NCBI RefSeq assembly: GCF_006345805.1 | Contig: NC_042998.1 | Location: 95,108,001 to 95,172,000 of the forward strand | Length of the DNA stretch: 64,000 nt | Direction: 5' to 3' | From: Octopus sinensis | Taxonomy: Eukaryota | Shown here: piece after piece, positions 38,281-51,659 of the stretch | Position numbering within the stretch: the stretch's first letter is position 1 | Layout of the letters: each line of letters begins with the position of its first letter | Program-made: the position numbers and the translations under genes | The notes under the pieces: model-generated | Databases searched by the model: none | What the model saw: only the letters and a program-made list of their open reading frames with translations | What the model was told of the DNA's origin: nothing

Positions 38281-39420
38281 GTGTGTGTGTGTGTGTATAT
38301 ATATTAATAAGCCGATCCGGTGAAGAGGTGAGAGGTAGTAAGTTAGATAAACACAATTAGACTTGATACGTATATTTACATGGAGTACAAAAAATACAGA
38401 ATGACAATAAAATTTTTAAAATATATGTAGATATTATATAATGCTTTATCTTGACAGCTGTTTCAAGAAGCCAAGAGTTATGTAATAACCATAATTTACA
38501 AGTAATATGTCCACAATATCACAGGTATGCATCAGGTGACCAATCAAATGAAGATATTACAGCAAGTCTGGCTTCTCTTTCCAAGAGAAGATTGGCAAAT
38601 GTTCTCACCAACTGACTATACACATACACACAGGTATGTATGTATGTATGTATGTATGTATGTATGTATGTATGTATGTATGTATGTATGTATATATGTA
38701 TGTATGTATGTATGTATGTGTGTATGTGTGTATGTATGTATGTATGTATGTATGTATGTATGTGTGTATGTGTGTATGTATGCATGTATGTATGTATGTA
38801 TGTATGTATGTATGTATGTATGTATGTATGTATAGAGAGATTCATAAATAAATAAAAAGATATACCAGTCATTTGAAAACTCATACGTATTAACTCTAAT
38901 ATTTTCCGTCAATTAGTAATTCACCAACATTTTTATTACTTTCTTACATTCTTACAAAGCTGTACACCAACAGACATAGCTCGAGACTATTAAAGCAATT
39001 CCAGGACGTGTCTGAAAAGGATCTCATCGACTACAGAAAGGTCAAATGTCAACGTTAACGAAATCTGAAATCATGAAATCAAAATGTGGAAATATGAAAC
39101 TATACCCTTCGACACTTTTTTGGCTGCTTTCACTAATATTAATTGTTGAAGGTTTAGGGAAGAGACATTAATAGGCATTGTTACAGGAACATGTGACAAC
39201 ACGTGAACATCAGTGTATAGCAGTAAATGCATGTTAATATGCACATGCACGCATCACACGCACACAATCTTACATGCACACGCACAACTTCGCGCATCTG
39301 TGTATTTGCTTGAATGTATACATACATACGAAAGAGCAGTAGTTCTGAAACAGTGGACAGCAAGGGGTGTCTTAGTATGCCACGAATATTAGCGTGTGTT
39401 TGTGTGTGTGTGTGTGTGTG

Positions 39421-39499
<79 letters not shown>

Positions 39500-39806
39500 C
39501 GTGCGTGTGGGTGCATGTGTGTATGAGTGTGTGTAGTAGTCTGAGAAAGGCAGTTCTGCAATTTCTTGCTGAACAACCTGCATACGTGATTTGGGTTATA
39601 CTAATCAAATGTTCGTGCTGCACATTAGCTCACTCCCTCATTCAAATCGACGTTGCCTGGACAGGTGCATGGTGTACCACGCGCGTCAGATGTCGAAATG
39701 GTCGCAGAACAACGTGGGATGAAGCGTTTTGCGCAAGACCACAATGGACCACTAGATCCTGGATTTAAAACCCCAATCTCGCGATCGTGAGTGCAACGCC
39801 ATAAAC

Positions 39807-40255
39807 CAGGATCGGATTAAAACCCATAGAGGACCTAAGCACTTAAAAGGTTTTGGTGCCCTCAAGTATATGTAAATGGTTCAAAATGTAAACAAAAATA
39901 ATTTGAAACGTAAACGATAATAAACCATAAAATAAATTTTTATTTTTCAAAATGAAACAAAACTAACAGTAAAATGGAAAATAATGTTTATTTTTGTATG
40001 CTTCCATTTTATTTATATTTGAAAAATGTTCTCCGTTTTTCTTTTTAAAATTGCAAAGGGTTCAATGATATTAAAATTCATTTTACGTAAAACTTCTGCT
40101 TCTCTAAGTAGTAGAAATAAGGCATTACCAATATTATCTTAGCAAGTTTAAAGTGATTTCTTTCGTGCCATAAACCATTTTTATTTCTGTGGTGCCCCCA
40201 CCTCTTGGTGCCCTAAACATGTACTTATTTTGTTTAACGGGTTAACCCAGTGCTG
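39807..40255. mobile_element. hAT-type MITE inserted into a SINE
   Basis: Degenerate TIRs CAGGATCGGATTAA / CAGCACTGGGTTAA; 8-bp flanks CCATAAAC / CCCTAAAC (7/8 match). Confidence 0.7.
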
Positions 40256-40282
40256 CCCTAAACGCTAGGTCAATCGTTCTCC

Positions 40283-40324
<42 letters not shown>

Positions 40325-40579
40325 AAGTTAAGGCTTTAGAAAGTACAAGCGAAAGGGTGAGAGGCAAGTCGACCCAAGAACTTGGGCTCAGACCGTAAAG
40401 ACGGAGGAAATGCCGCTAAGCGTTTTGTCCAGCATGTTAACGATTCAGCCAGCTCACCACCTTATACAATAATCCCTCGACTATTGCGGGTGTTGCATTC
40501 CCAAAACCCCTGCAATAGGTGAAAATCTGAGAAGTTGAAACTGTACTGTACTGTATATTCTTTATTATTTTTTTGTATA

Positions 40580-41438
40580 CGTGGTCTGATCAATAAGTAT
40601 CCGGTCTGTTGCCATAGTAACGAAGCTAAAACACGCTAACTGAAACCGCTTGGCACATATTGATCTTGTACTCTGCTGTGTATGCGCACTAAGTTTTAAC
40701 GTTCTAGTTCCCTTTCGCTGTTTACAGTAGTACTTGGAAGGAACGTGTGTAGTGTGTGATCGTCGCACTGACCATAACAGTGAAAGTGGAGGAGAGAATC
40801 TGCATCAAATTTTGCCAAAAACTTGGCGATACCTGCTCAGAGGCCTACGCAAAGTTTTCAAAAAGTTCTCAACACAATCAAGGAGATCTTGTACAACTGA
40901 AACCCGAGTGTCTCTTTGGCCAGCTGAAAGCAATTTTGGCACAAACTTGGCAGACACGCGTCTCATACCCAAATCTTCGGTGATAAGGGACTGAACTGAA
41001 TCGTAACCAATCTGCACATCTGATAACTCACGGGTGGTGATTCGACGATTTCCACTCACAGCTGCTCGGACATCTGCGATATTTTTCCCATAACGTTCGT
41101 CAGTATCGACATTTTTTCGGCCATCTTGGATATATCTGAACCACTCGTCCACTTGTGTGCGGCTCATACACTCCTCTCCATACACTTTCTACTACTTTGC
41201 GTAGGCCTCTGAGCAGGTATTGTCATGACAACTTTCTCTGTCATGGTCAATGCGACGATCACACGCTACACACCTTCCTTCCAAACACTGTTGTAAACAG
41301 TAGAAGTGAGCTAGAACGTTAAAACTTAGTGCGCATGCACAGTAGAGTTCAAGGTCAATCTTTGCCCAGCAACTTCGCGCTACACGCTTTAGCTTCGTTA
41401 CTATGGCAACCGCCCTGATACTTATTGATCAGACCTCG
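40580..41438. mobile_element. Mariner derivative built from two inverted 5' ends
   Basis: TA-flanked; about 270-bp inverted arms; minus ORF 40805..41185 encodes an N-terminal mariner HTH region (MSRTQV.EW, RRITTREL, RRVSAKFVPKLL). Confidence 0.85.
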
Positions 41439-43227
41439 TATACTTATTTTATTATGAATGGAAACAACACCACTTACTCGCCTCCTGAGTTTCATTTTCC
41501 ATACAGTATGTGCGATTCTTTGTTTACTCATCTACGGTACATTACGTATTTTCTTTTAATATATGTTAATTAATGTGGTATACAGTGCAGTACTGTACTG
41601 TGTTTTTATTTATTAATTCATTAAGTTTTGGCTTCAAAATGCTAATTTTACCTCAGAAATAATTAAAATTAAAAAAAATATGAACACCAGGAGTCGGCAG
41701 TATAAATTGACGTATATTAACCAGAAGGAGAAAATTATAAAGACAATGAGAGATGTTAAATTCAGATAGTAGGGTCTTGCATATGTAATGTAATACGACA
41801 GGTTGAAATAGATTTAGAGAAAAATATGTTTAAATACAAAAATAACCTATCGTATACATTGTTTTGTTAATTAGATAGGTGTACAGTTACCACTTACCAT
41901 ATCGCGGTTCACCTATCGCACCCTCAGTACATCGCGGATTTTTTGCCGTTTGGGAACAGGGGAAGTTACAAAATACTTTATGAACAAAAACTAGCGAGGA
42001 AGAAGTTTCTATGCACATAAAATGTTGCAGAAATGTCGAACGAAGAGATTATTTTGTGATTTATTTTCTAATTGATTTATTTCTGTAATTTATTGCTAAG
42101 TAAACAACTCATGTACTCGCAACTCATGCACTAATATCCGCTCCCATCAGTTTTACACAAGTGCGACGATTGGATTGTATGAATCAAGGATATATCGGTA
42201 ACACATTGCACAACATAAAATGATGCAATAAAATATTTTCTCTGTTAGGTGCAAGTCTTTTTAATATGGCGTAATATTGTAGACATTATAACATATAGGC
42301 ATTATATGTTATAGATGTATCTGTGAATGGTACAAACCAATCGCCGCATCTGTCATGAATATCTTATGAGTATGATTATTGTCGTTGTTTGTTCCTTCTC
42401 GAGCAATGCCTGGCTTATAAGGGCCGGTTTCCCGGTTTCATTAGCGTATAGGTTCCCCACCTGGACAGGACTCCGGTCCGTCGCAGGTGAGCTGCTAAAT
42501 GCAGGAGGAAAGAGTGAAAGAAAGTTGTGACGAAAGAGTCAGCAGAAGCTCGCCATTACCTTCAGCTGGAACCGCGTGGAGCTTAGGTGTTTCGCTCATA
42601 GACATACACATCGCCCGGTCTGAGATTCGAACCCGCGATCTCTCGACCGCGAGTCCGCTGCTATAACCACTTGGCCATGCGCCTTCACAAGTGTAATTAT
42701 TAGTTTACATGAATTATATGAGCAATACTTTAGATCTCGGAATATTACTAATAGTTTATCGATATCTTTTATATCTTGTTTCAGTTACTTAACAGCGACC
42801 AAGCTGGAGCACCACCTTGAAAAGTTTTACTCGAACAGATCGGCTCCAGCGCATATTTTTTTAATGTAAGTCTAGTACATAATCTATTGATCTCTCTTAT
42901 CAGACCGCTAAGTTAGGGAAATGTAAAGAAGCCAACACCTTTCAGGCAGGAGAGGAGGAAAACACAGGCACTCGCACATCGAATTATATGTATGTCATTA
43001 TTCAGTTTATTTCAAGATTTTATGCCAATAGAGAAAGAACCGGTTTTTAACCTAGAGCCAAGGCTCCTTCACTGGAATTTCAACATCAACAACAGGGTAT
43101 TTTTGTTTGTTTGTTTGTATGTATGTATGTATGTATGTATGTATGTATGTATGTATGTATGTATGTATGTATGTATGTGTATGCATGCATGTATGCATAT
43201 ATATATATGTATGTGTGTTTATGTATG

Positions 43228-43261
<34 letters not shown>

Positions 43262-44543
43262 TGTATGTGCAGATCTGTATGTTTTATGTATGTATTCTCA
43301 TGTATATATATCTAGACGTACTCATATGTATTTAAATGATAACTTCTGGAAAGTTTTACAGATTTTTACAGTTCCAGTATGTGTGTATGTATGTATGTAT
43401 GTATGTATGTTTGTATGTATGTATGTATGTATGTATGTATTATCTAGGACTGCGGTCAACCTGGAGCACCACCTTGAGTTGGTCGAACTGATCGACCTCA
43501 GTACTTTGTTTTTTAATCTGGTACTAATTCTATCGAACTCTTTTTGCCGAAGCGCTTGGTAACGATGGTGTAAACATACAAACACCGATCATTAGACAGT
43601 GGAAAACGGAAGACATAAACACAATGACACGTGCAGGCATGCACACACACATACACACATATATATACATATATATACATATACACACACGCACACACGC
43701 CCGCACACACACACACGCACACACACCACACACACACACACACACACACGACAAACTTCTTTTAGTTTCCTTCAACTAAATCCACAGGCGAGGAGTGATC
43801 AGCTCGAGGCTATAGTGGAAGACACTTGCCTAAAGTGCCACGAAGTGGGACTGAACCCGTAACCATATGGTTGGGAAGCAAAATTCATACCTCACAGGAG
43901 ATATAAGGAAGCTCAAGTCATATATATAAGGAAGTTCAAATTTGGTTGTTGTTGTTGTTTAATCCAGGTAAAGTTGGTCCAAGACAATAACCATTCCTTT
44001 CTATTTTCAAACAATATTTTCATCACTGTCTTATCTGATATGTTCTAACTAAAATTGTAAGGTGTAGTTTGATGAATTTGGATGCTATTTATATCTGACT
44101 GAATGGCGACTCGGAAGGTTAACTTTGTCGGGATTGTCTGTGAAAACATAGGCCCAGTGTTTTACAATTATTCTGTGTGTGTGTGTGTGTATGTGTGTTT
44201 GTGTGTGTTTGTGTGTGTGTGTGTGTGTGTGGTATCTACATGGGTGTGTAGGGAGAGACAGAATGAGAAAAAGAAAATTAGAAGGCCCATGTATCATGTC
44301 GGACATTCCCTGGTGTATTAGACACAAGGTGGTAGCTCATTATCCCTACAAATAGCTGCAGTTCTATTTTTACTGGTTAAACAAACAAAACATTTAAAAC
44401 ACATAAACTGAGTGACAGTGTGTAGATAAGTGCCCCTACCCCCCCCCCACATCCACTCGCATCAAAATAAAAAAGACGAAAAGTGTGTGTGGTTACGTGT
44501 GTCTGCGACATCCTTCAAAACATGTGTATTTGTACGTACATAC

Positions 44544-44734
44544 CTGATATCCGTTGATGACAGCAATTTTATTAAGCGCGACAACAAATCCTCTGAACCT
44601 GGATGAGTTAAAATCTTTGTAGTCGTTAAGCTTCTGTCCTGGTGTAAATAATTCAAGAGTGATTCCGAAGACCTAGAAATTTCACAATCATTCCCTTTAG
44701 TTAAGATGGTGGTCAACACACTTTCAAACTCCAT
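44544..44734 (-). CDS. ARM-repeat + FN3 protein, putative first coding exon (MEFESVLTTILTKGND...LLSRLIKLLSSTDIR)
   Basis: Donor AG|gtatgt at 44543; ends in phase 2 and joins the 37977 exon in frame. The start codon is uncertain (ATG at 44734, or in-frame ATG at 44770). Confidence 0.75.
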
Positions 44735-45107
44735 TGTGAAATTGCATGTAGGTTGGTAACTTGATAACATTTCCCAATTAAAAGCCAGACATGTGAGTAG
44801 ATATTCACTTATGTAGTTGTATTACTAAACATTGCTCAATGATATGTGTATATATGATACATAAAGGTAGGGATAGTATCCATGTATGTCTGTTCTTCGT
44901 TGATTTCATTTTACAGTTCCAGATGAGTCAAAATGTATTATATGTACGAATGTGCATATATGAATCGAGGTGTATGAGTAAATGCTGTTGAATGTATTTT
45001 ATATGTATATTTATATATGGAGATTGAAGGTAATTATGCATGTATGAATGTATGCTTGCAAGCATGTATGTACATGATATATTTATAAATATGACACTCA
45101 CACACAC

Positions 45108-45140
<33 letters not shown>

Positions 45141-45204
45141 TGTATGTATGTATGTATGTATGTATGTATGTATGTATGTATGTATGTATGTATGTATGTA
45201 TGTA

Positions 45205-45241
<37 letters not shown>

Positions 45242-45283
45242 GTGTGTATGTATATGTGTGTGTATAGAGATAGAGAGATAGTC

Positions 45284-45392
<109 letters not shown>

Positions 45393-48300
45393 TAAATGTG
45401 CGTATGTAGTGTATGTATCTAGTGAATATTGATTTTAATTACGTGTCTGCGTATGTACGTATATCTATGTTTGGATATGTGCGCGTATCAATGTTTCAAT
45501 CAATATATGTATGTGTATCTCTTACAGAGTGTTATGTCTATATATCTATATGTCTATATGTCTATATGTCTATATATATATTTCCGCGTAGTATAAACCT
45601 CAGTCAAGTTTCGAAGTTCATAATAAGCAATAAAATATCTATTCACAAACTATTTAATCAATTCTTTTACTTTTACTCCCAATCTCTCGTTCACTGTCTC
45701 TATCTGTCTTTCTCCGCACCCTCTCTCTTTGATACACTCACACACAAACACACACAGAACAACAACCACTCTCTCTTTCTCTCTCATTCTTTCTTTCTTT
45801 CCTTCTTCATTTCTCTAGTAAATGTTTTCTTATGAACTATGTTGCACTAAATCTCAGCTTGTTTTCATACTCTCATGTGACTGTCTTTCCTTCTGTTTCT
45901 AACCACTATAGATCCTTCTAATCTCCCACTTCCCTTATCCACTCTCTCACTCTCACTCCCCTCTCTCTCATTGCTAGTTGATAACATCGAAAGACTAAAT
46001 ATGTTTATGCAGTGACCATGCCAACGAGATTATGAACTGACAAGTGTGCTTATATTCCTCAAAGACAAGTTGGCTGATAGACTAAATCCTATTTCCGCGA
46101 AAGTTAGTATACAAAACACAGAAGTGCAAAAATCTGAAATTAAAATATAAAATGTGAACAACATATCGCTGAAGGACTTGGTCGGTAGAACAGATTTATT
46201 TAATAATAAGTTGCATTAAAAGGAGCATACATTGACACTGCGCGAATCTTTTGGTGCATCAAACAAACTGTTTAAGCCTAAAAAGTAGGATCTTATCCTA
46301 TTTCAAGTTTTTGATAACGGGTAGAAATCATTGGAGAATTTCCCAGGCGTCCCTTCTGCATGAAAAATATACAGGATATTATAGTACAGTATAAACTATG
46401 TTATACTAGTGCGAGCTAACTATATACTTCACTAATAGGAATTGATGTACGGTTAATCTTAACGTAGATTTTCTGGGAGATTCAGCGTGACACAGACTGT
46501 GACAAGGCTGGCCTTTTGAATTACAGGTACAACTTATTTTTACCAGTTGAGTGGACTGGAGCAATGGGAAAATAAACTTGCTTGCTCAAGGATGCAACGT
46601 GCTGCCGGGACTCGAACTCACGGCCTTACGATCGTGGGCCGAATATCACAACCACTAAGCCACGTCCTTTCACGACAGAGGCACCTCACAGTGGTTATGA
46701 CACAAAAAAAAACAAAAAAAAAAAACTGACGTTTGTTTGTCACCGATTCAGAAAATGATATTTTAATAAATTTGAAATTCAAAATGAATTCGAGAAAATA
46801 ATTTTAAATAATTTCACATGAAAAAAATTCGTTGCTTAAGTTTCATCAAAACAAGGAGAATGGATTATGAATAAAAGGGAACAATTACTAAACCGTTTCA
46901 TTTGGTTAATTACTAGAAGTTAAAAGCGCGTCTCTGCATCCATTATTTGTTGGTGATTCTCTACTTCTAGCGGATACACCTTTGCATCACTCAAGCAACA
47001 ACCCATGGGTCTGCTAATGTGGTCGTTGCTGGTGAGGATTTTTAGGAGGTCGGAGCGCAAATCCTACCTTGGCCTATCTTAGTCTCATTCTTACGACACG
47101 CAGAAGAAATGTTAGGTTTATTCTTTGGTATGACGGGCCCTGCGCAGCACTAACATAACATGAAATGAAGTGCTTTGCTCAAGAACACAACATGCCGCCT
47201 GATTCTGGAATCGAACCTACAATCTGGCGATTGAAATTGCAGCACTCCTGACATCTAGACCATGCGCCTTGGCGTGAGATTTCTTTTAGATAAAGCAAAA
47301 GAACAATATTTCTTGCTTTGAGTATAATCGATTGAATCAATGTCACGATGGTACTGGTTTTTGCACTATCAGCCCTGGCTTGACATATAGTCAGAACGGT
47401 AAGACATCAATTTTTTTTAGATATCATAAAGAACCTAAAATAACTGTCTGCTCTGTCAACCACTTAAAAGATGGCAGCCAAATGATCCTCTACACTGTTA
47501 AATTTACTCAAACCATTTAACCGTCTAATCACGTAATCGACCAGACTATTGGATGTTGTTACACATCGCTAGTCACAATGCACTTTGCATTGTTTTTGTT
47601 TCTGAATGATGCCACTTCGTTGGCTAGACAAGCAGGTCAACATCCTCTTTCTAGTTCAGAAGGCTAGTCAACTAGAATAACGTGAAATGAAGTGTTTTGC
47701 TCAAGAACGCAACACGTCGCTCGGTCCAGGAATCGAACCACGCTAGATCGTGAGTGCTAGGCCACGCGCCTTCACACTAGGCTACGTACGTTCACACAAC
47801 CGTCTAATAGAAATATAAATTAATTGCAAACTGACAACAAAGTGTGGTCCTAAGTACGAAAAACATAAGATGATCATGGTTGGAAGGTCTTTGGTTTTAG
47901 GTCTGCTCAGTCAGAACTAAGTTTCGACAAAACAACACCAACAACTTGAATGACAAAGGATTAAATCACTAAGATCACTCGACATAGCTTTGTTCTGTTA
48001 TCAGCCGGTTTCTCAATTAATGGATTGTCGTTGATGTATCGTTTTATCCTCTCCGTGACAAATAGCCTAACTGCTTAAGTACATGGCTCAGTTCGTTTAC
48101 CTTTCAGTCAGACAGAAGGTACAGTTTCCAGTTCCATGGAGTGAGATCTATTTAAAATGAACGGTTGTTTCCTTTGCTTGCACGTGCTTAGGCAGAAAGT
48201 TCCAGAGTGCCTAGAGAAATATACTGGAAGTGACATCACTGAATATTTATTGGAAATCACCACGGAGTGTCCCAACGACACTATGGGTCGCGGGAGATAG

Positions 48301-49117
48301 AATTGCTGACCTCATCTTCCTATTAGTAAGAATATAAGTTCTGTATTTGTTCACAACTTATCAGAAATTCTCATGATCGAAGGTAAACATTGCTGTTAAG
48401 TTACAAATAATCCAGGGATTAAAGACAGATTAAACTAACCCTTACAATTAAGTTCCCGAGTCCCCATTTCTTTTTAGCCAATAATGAAACTGTCTGAGTA
48501 AACTAACAGTTGAAGTGAATTCGTGGAATTGGGTAATATTTCAAAACTTAGCTCTTAGTTTCTGTATATATGAATGTATGGGTGTACATTTCTGTATGTA
48601 TGTATGTATGTATGTATGTATGTATGTATGTATGTATGTATGTATGTATGTATGTATATATGTATGTATGTACTTACGTACATTATGCGTGTATGTATTT
48701 GTGTGTGCGTGTAAGTATTAAATATGTATATATGTAAGCATGGTCTTATAAATATTTATTTAGGTTTTTCGGTCGGTAACAAAATAGCAAGTCTATTTTA
48801 ATGAAGTTTGGACAGTAGCAGTCATTCCAATACATGTGTGTGCATGTATAAGCTGTGTCTATAGTAGTTTGAAATATAGGATTTTGCTAGTATTTTACAA
48901 TGTGTATACACATATACCGCACATGTATGTATATATGTATGCGTGTATAGAAGTATATATTTCCTTCTGGATTTGTTTACTGTCACTAGCATAGCTTTTT
49001 CACTGGAATTTAAGCACTTTGTGTACATGTGTCTCCTCCTACAACAGCCCCGGGCCGGCGGCCATTACATTGTGACTGAATTTGGTAGACAGAAACTATG
49101 TTTAAGCCCAACCCGTC

Positions 49118-49165
<48 letters not shown>

Positions 49166-49329
49166 TATATTATATTGTATATAGAGACATGACAGAAGTA
49201 AATAGAGACCCCATAAAATATCGTTTTATGTTTATTCTAACTTGTAAAGGTTTATGTTTTTTATTAATTGACATTTTTATGTTTCATGTTCCATATGTGA
49301 CTATTTAACCATGCTATGTATAAAAGAAG

Positions 49330-50090
49330 CCCTGGAACTATCTGGATTTCAAAAAGACCGTATTGTGGATTATTCTGGGGGTGGACATAGGGTAAATTCG
49401 CAGAAAACCTTGGGATCCCGTTTTCAACAGTTAATAGAGTGATTGTGCAACTGATCAGAGAGGGGAAGAAGTCCACATCACTCGCCCAGATCAACCAGGG
49501 CCCTCTGACAGAACCCTTCTCTTTGTTAAGAGAGGTGTGGAGGATAATCCTCGTTGCAAGACCTCTGACATATCAGAACAAGTTGATGTCAGTCCCAGAA
49601 CAGCTGTCATAGTAACCAACAAACTTGGTTACTATGACAGAGCAGCTAGAAGGAAACCACTTCTTCGACCAGCCAACATCAAACGGAGAAAAGATTGGGC
49701 CAGTGAGATGGTGGAGAGGCAACTAGCATTTTGGGACACTGTCATATTGTCTAATGAGTCCAGATTTGCTGTATTTCCTGATAGTCGACGAATGTGGGTC
49801 CGGAGACTCTGTGATCAAAAATTTGATGTGAGGAGGTTGCAGCCAACAATGAAACACGGCAGCTATTCTGTGATGGTCTGGGGAACAATCTGGAGCAATG
49901 GTTGATCAGAGCTGGTGGAGTGTGAGGGAAATATAAACTCAGATAAATATGTGTCCATATTGCAAAAAGGACTCTTTCCAATCTTCTCCGGTGGTGAAAT
50001 GATTAAAGAAGACTCTTTATTTATGGAAGAAGGGACTACTGCTAAAATGACCCAAGATTTGTTGGATGAGAATGGCATTAAGAAATATTA
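49330..50090 (+). pseudogene. Tc1-family transposase remnant
   Basis: [36 protein letters not shown] and NSDKYV.IL motifs, with stops. Confidence 0.88.
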
Positions 50091-50728
50091 TTTGTAACTG
50101 AGTCTTGTGAAATTCTAATGATTTGGATGATACAATAACAAAAATCTCTTCTTTTCCTTTCAGTAAGGAACACACATAAAACAAACTACTTACTGTAAGT
50201 CTGGCACTAATTTTATCGACTCTTTGGTCGAACTGCTAAGTTAAGGGGACTCAAACTTATAAACACAGGCTGCCAAACCGTGAGAGACAAAAATGCAAAG
50301 ATGCACGCACACACATAAACAAACACGCGCGCGCGCGCAAATACGCATATATAAACATATATATATATATATACAGGCATGTATGCACGCACGTACACAC
50401 ATAGACATACATATGCGTATACATATGTATATGTATGTCTATATGTCTGTGTATATGCATATATACGACTGGCTTCTTTTAGTTTCCGTCTACCAAATCC
50501 ACTCACAAGGCTTTGGTCGTCCCGCGGCTATAGTAGAAGACACTTGCCCAAGGTGACATGCAGTGGGACTGAACCCCGAACCATGTGGTTGGGAAGCAAG
50601 CTTCTTACCACACAGCCACATATGTATATGTCTGTGTGTATATACATAAATATTATGCATATGTATGTATATTCCTACACATACATACACGCCTATATGC
50701 ACACACAAACACGTGTATGTATGTATGT

Positions 50729-50822
<94 letters not shown>

Positions 50823-51043
50823 AGAGAGTGAAATAAAGAGACAAAGAGAAGAGTGAGAGAGTGTGTGAGAGAATGATTAAAAAGGAAAGGAAGGAAGAAG
50901 AAAGAAAGAAAGAAAGAAGGAAAGAGATGTGGGTGCTCACGCGTGTTTACCCAAATGCTGTTACATTTGAACATGTTAGAGGTTGTGTATGTATGTATAT
51001 GTGTCTGCGTGCGCGCGTGTGTATATATATATAAATATATATA

Positions 51044-51098
<55 letters not shown>

Positions 51099-51659
51099 TT
51101 CTGTCTTAATTTTCTCTCGCTCTCCCCTTCCCTCTCTCTCACTCTCTTCTTCTTTCTACTTCTTCCTTTTCTTCTTCCACTACTCTCTCTCTCTCTCTCT
51201 CCCTTTCTCTCCATAGCAACATATAAGTGATCTCAGACGAAAACCTTTTAAGATAACCATGTCCTTGGAGATGGTTTGTGACGACTCCCCCCCCATTAAC
51301 CCGATCCTCAATAAGTGCAGGCTGAAAGCTGTTTTCAAATATCCGCTATTAACAGAAACTCATTTGTTTCATTTTCTTACCTTGTCTATGGATTTGGAGA
51401 AAAGAAAGCGGTTTAAATATGTTTACACATGTAAATGTGTGTGTGTAATATCTATGTATGCATGTGTGTATATGTGTATGCATGTGCGTATGTGTTTATG
51501 TGTGTGTGTGTGTACTTGTGTGTTGTACGGTGGACGCAGTGTAGACAAATGGCTAAGATCGCTTCGCTAACGTCTTGTTTATGCTTTAACTGGTAATAAA
51601 AGAGAGAAAAAAAAAAGACACTGTATATCCTGAGGTATATTCTGAGATGGCAGGAACGT

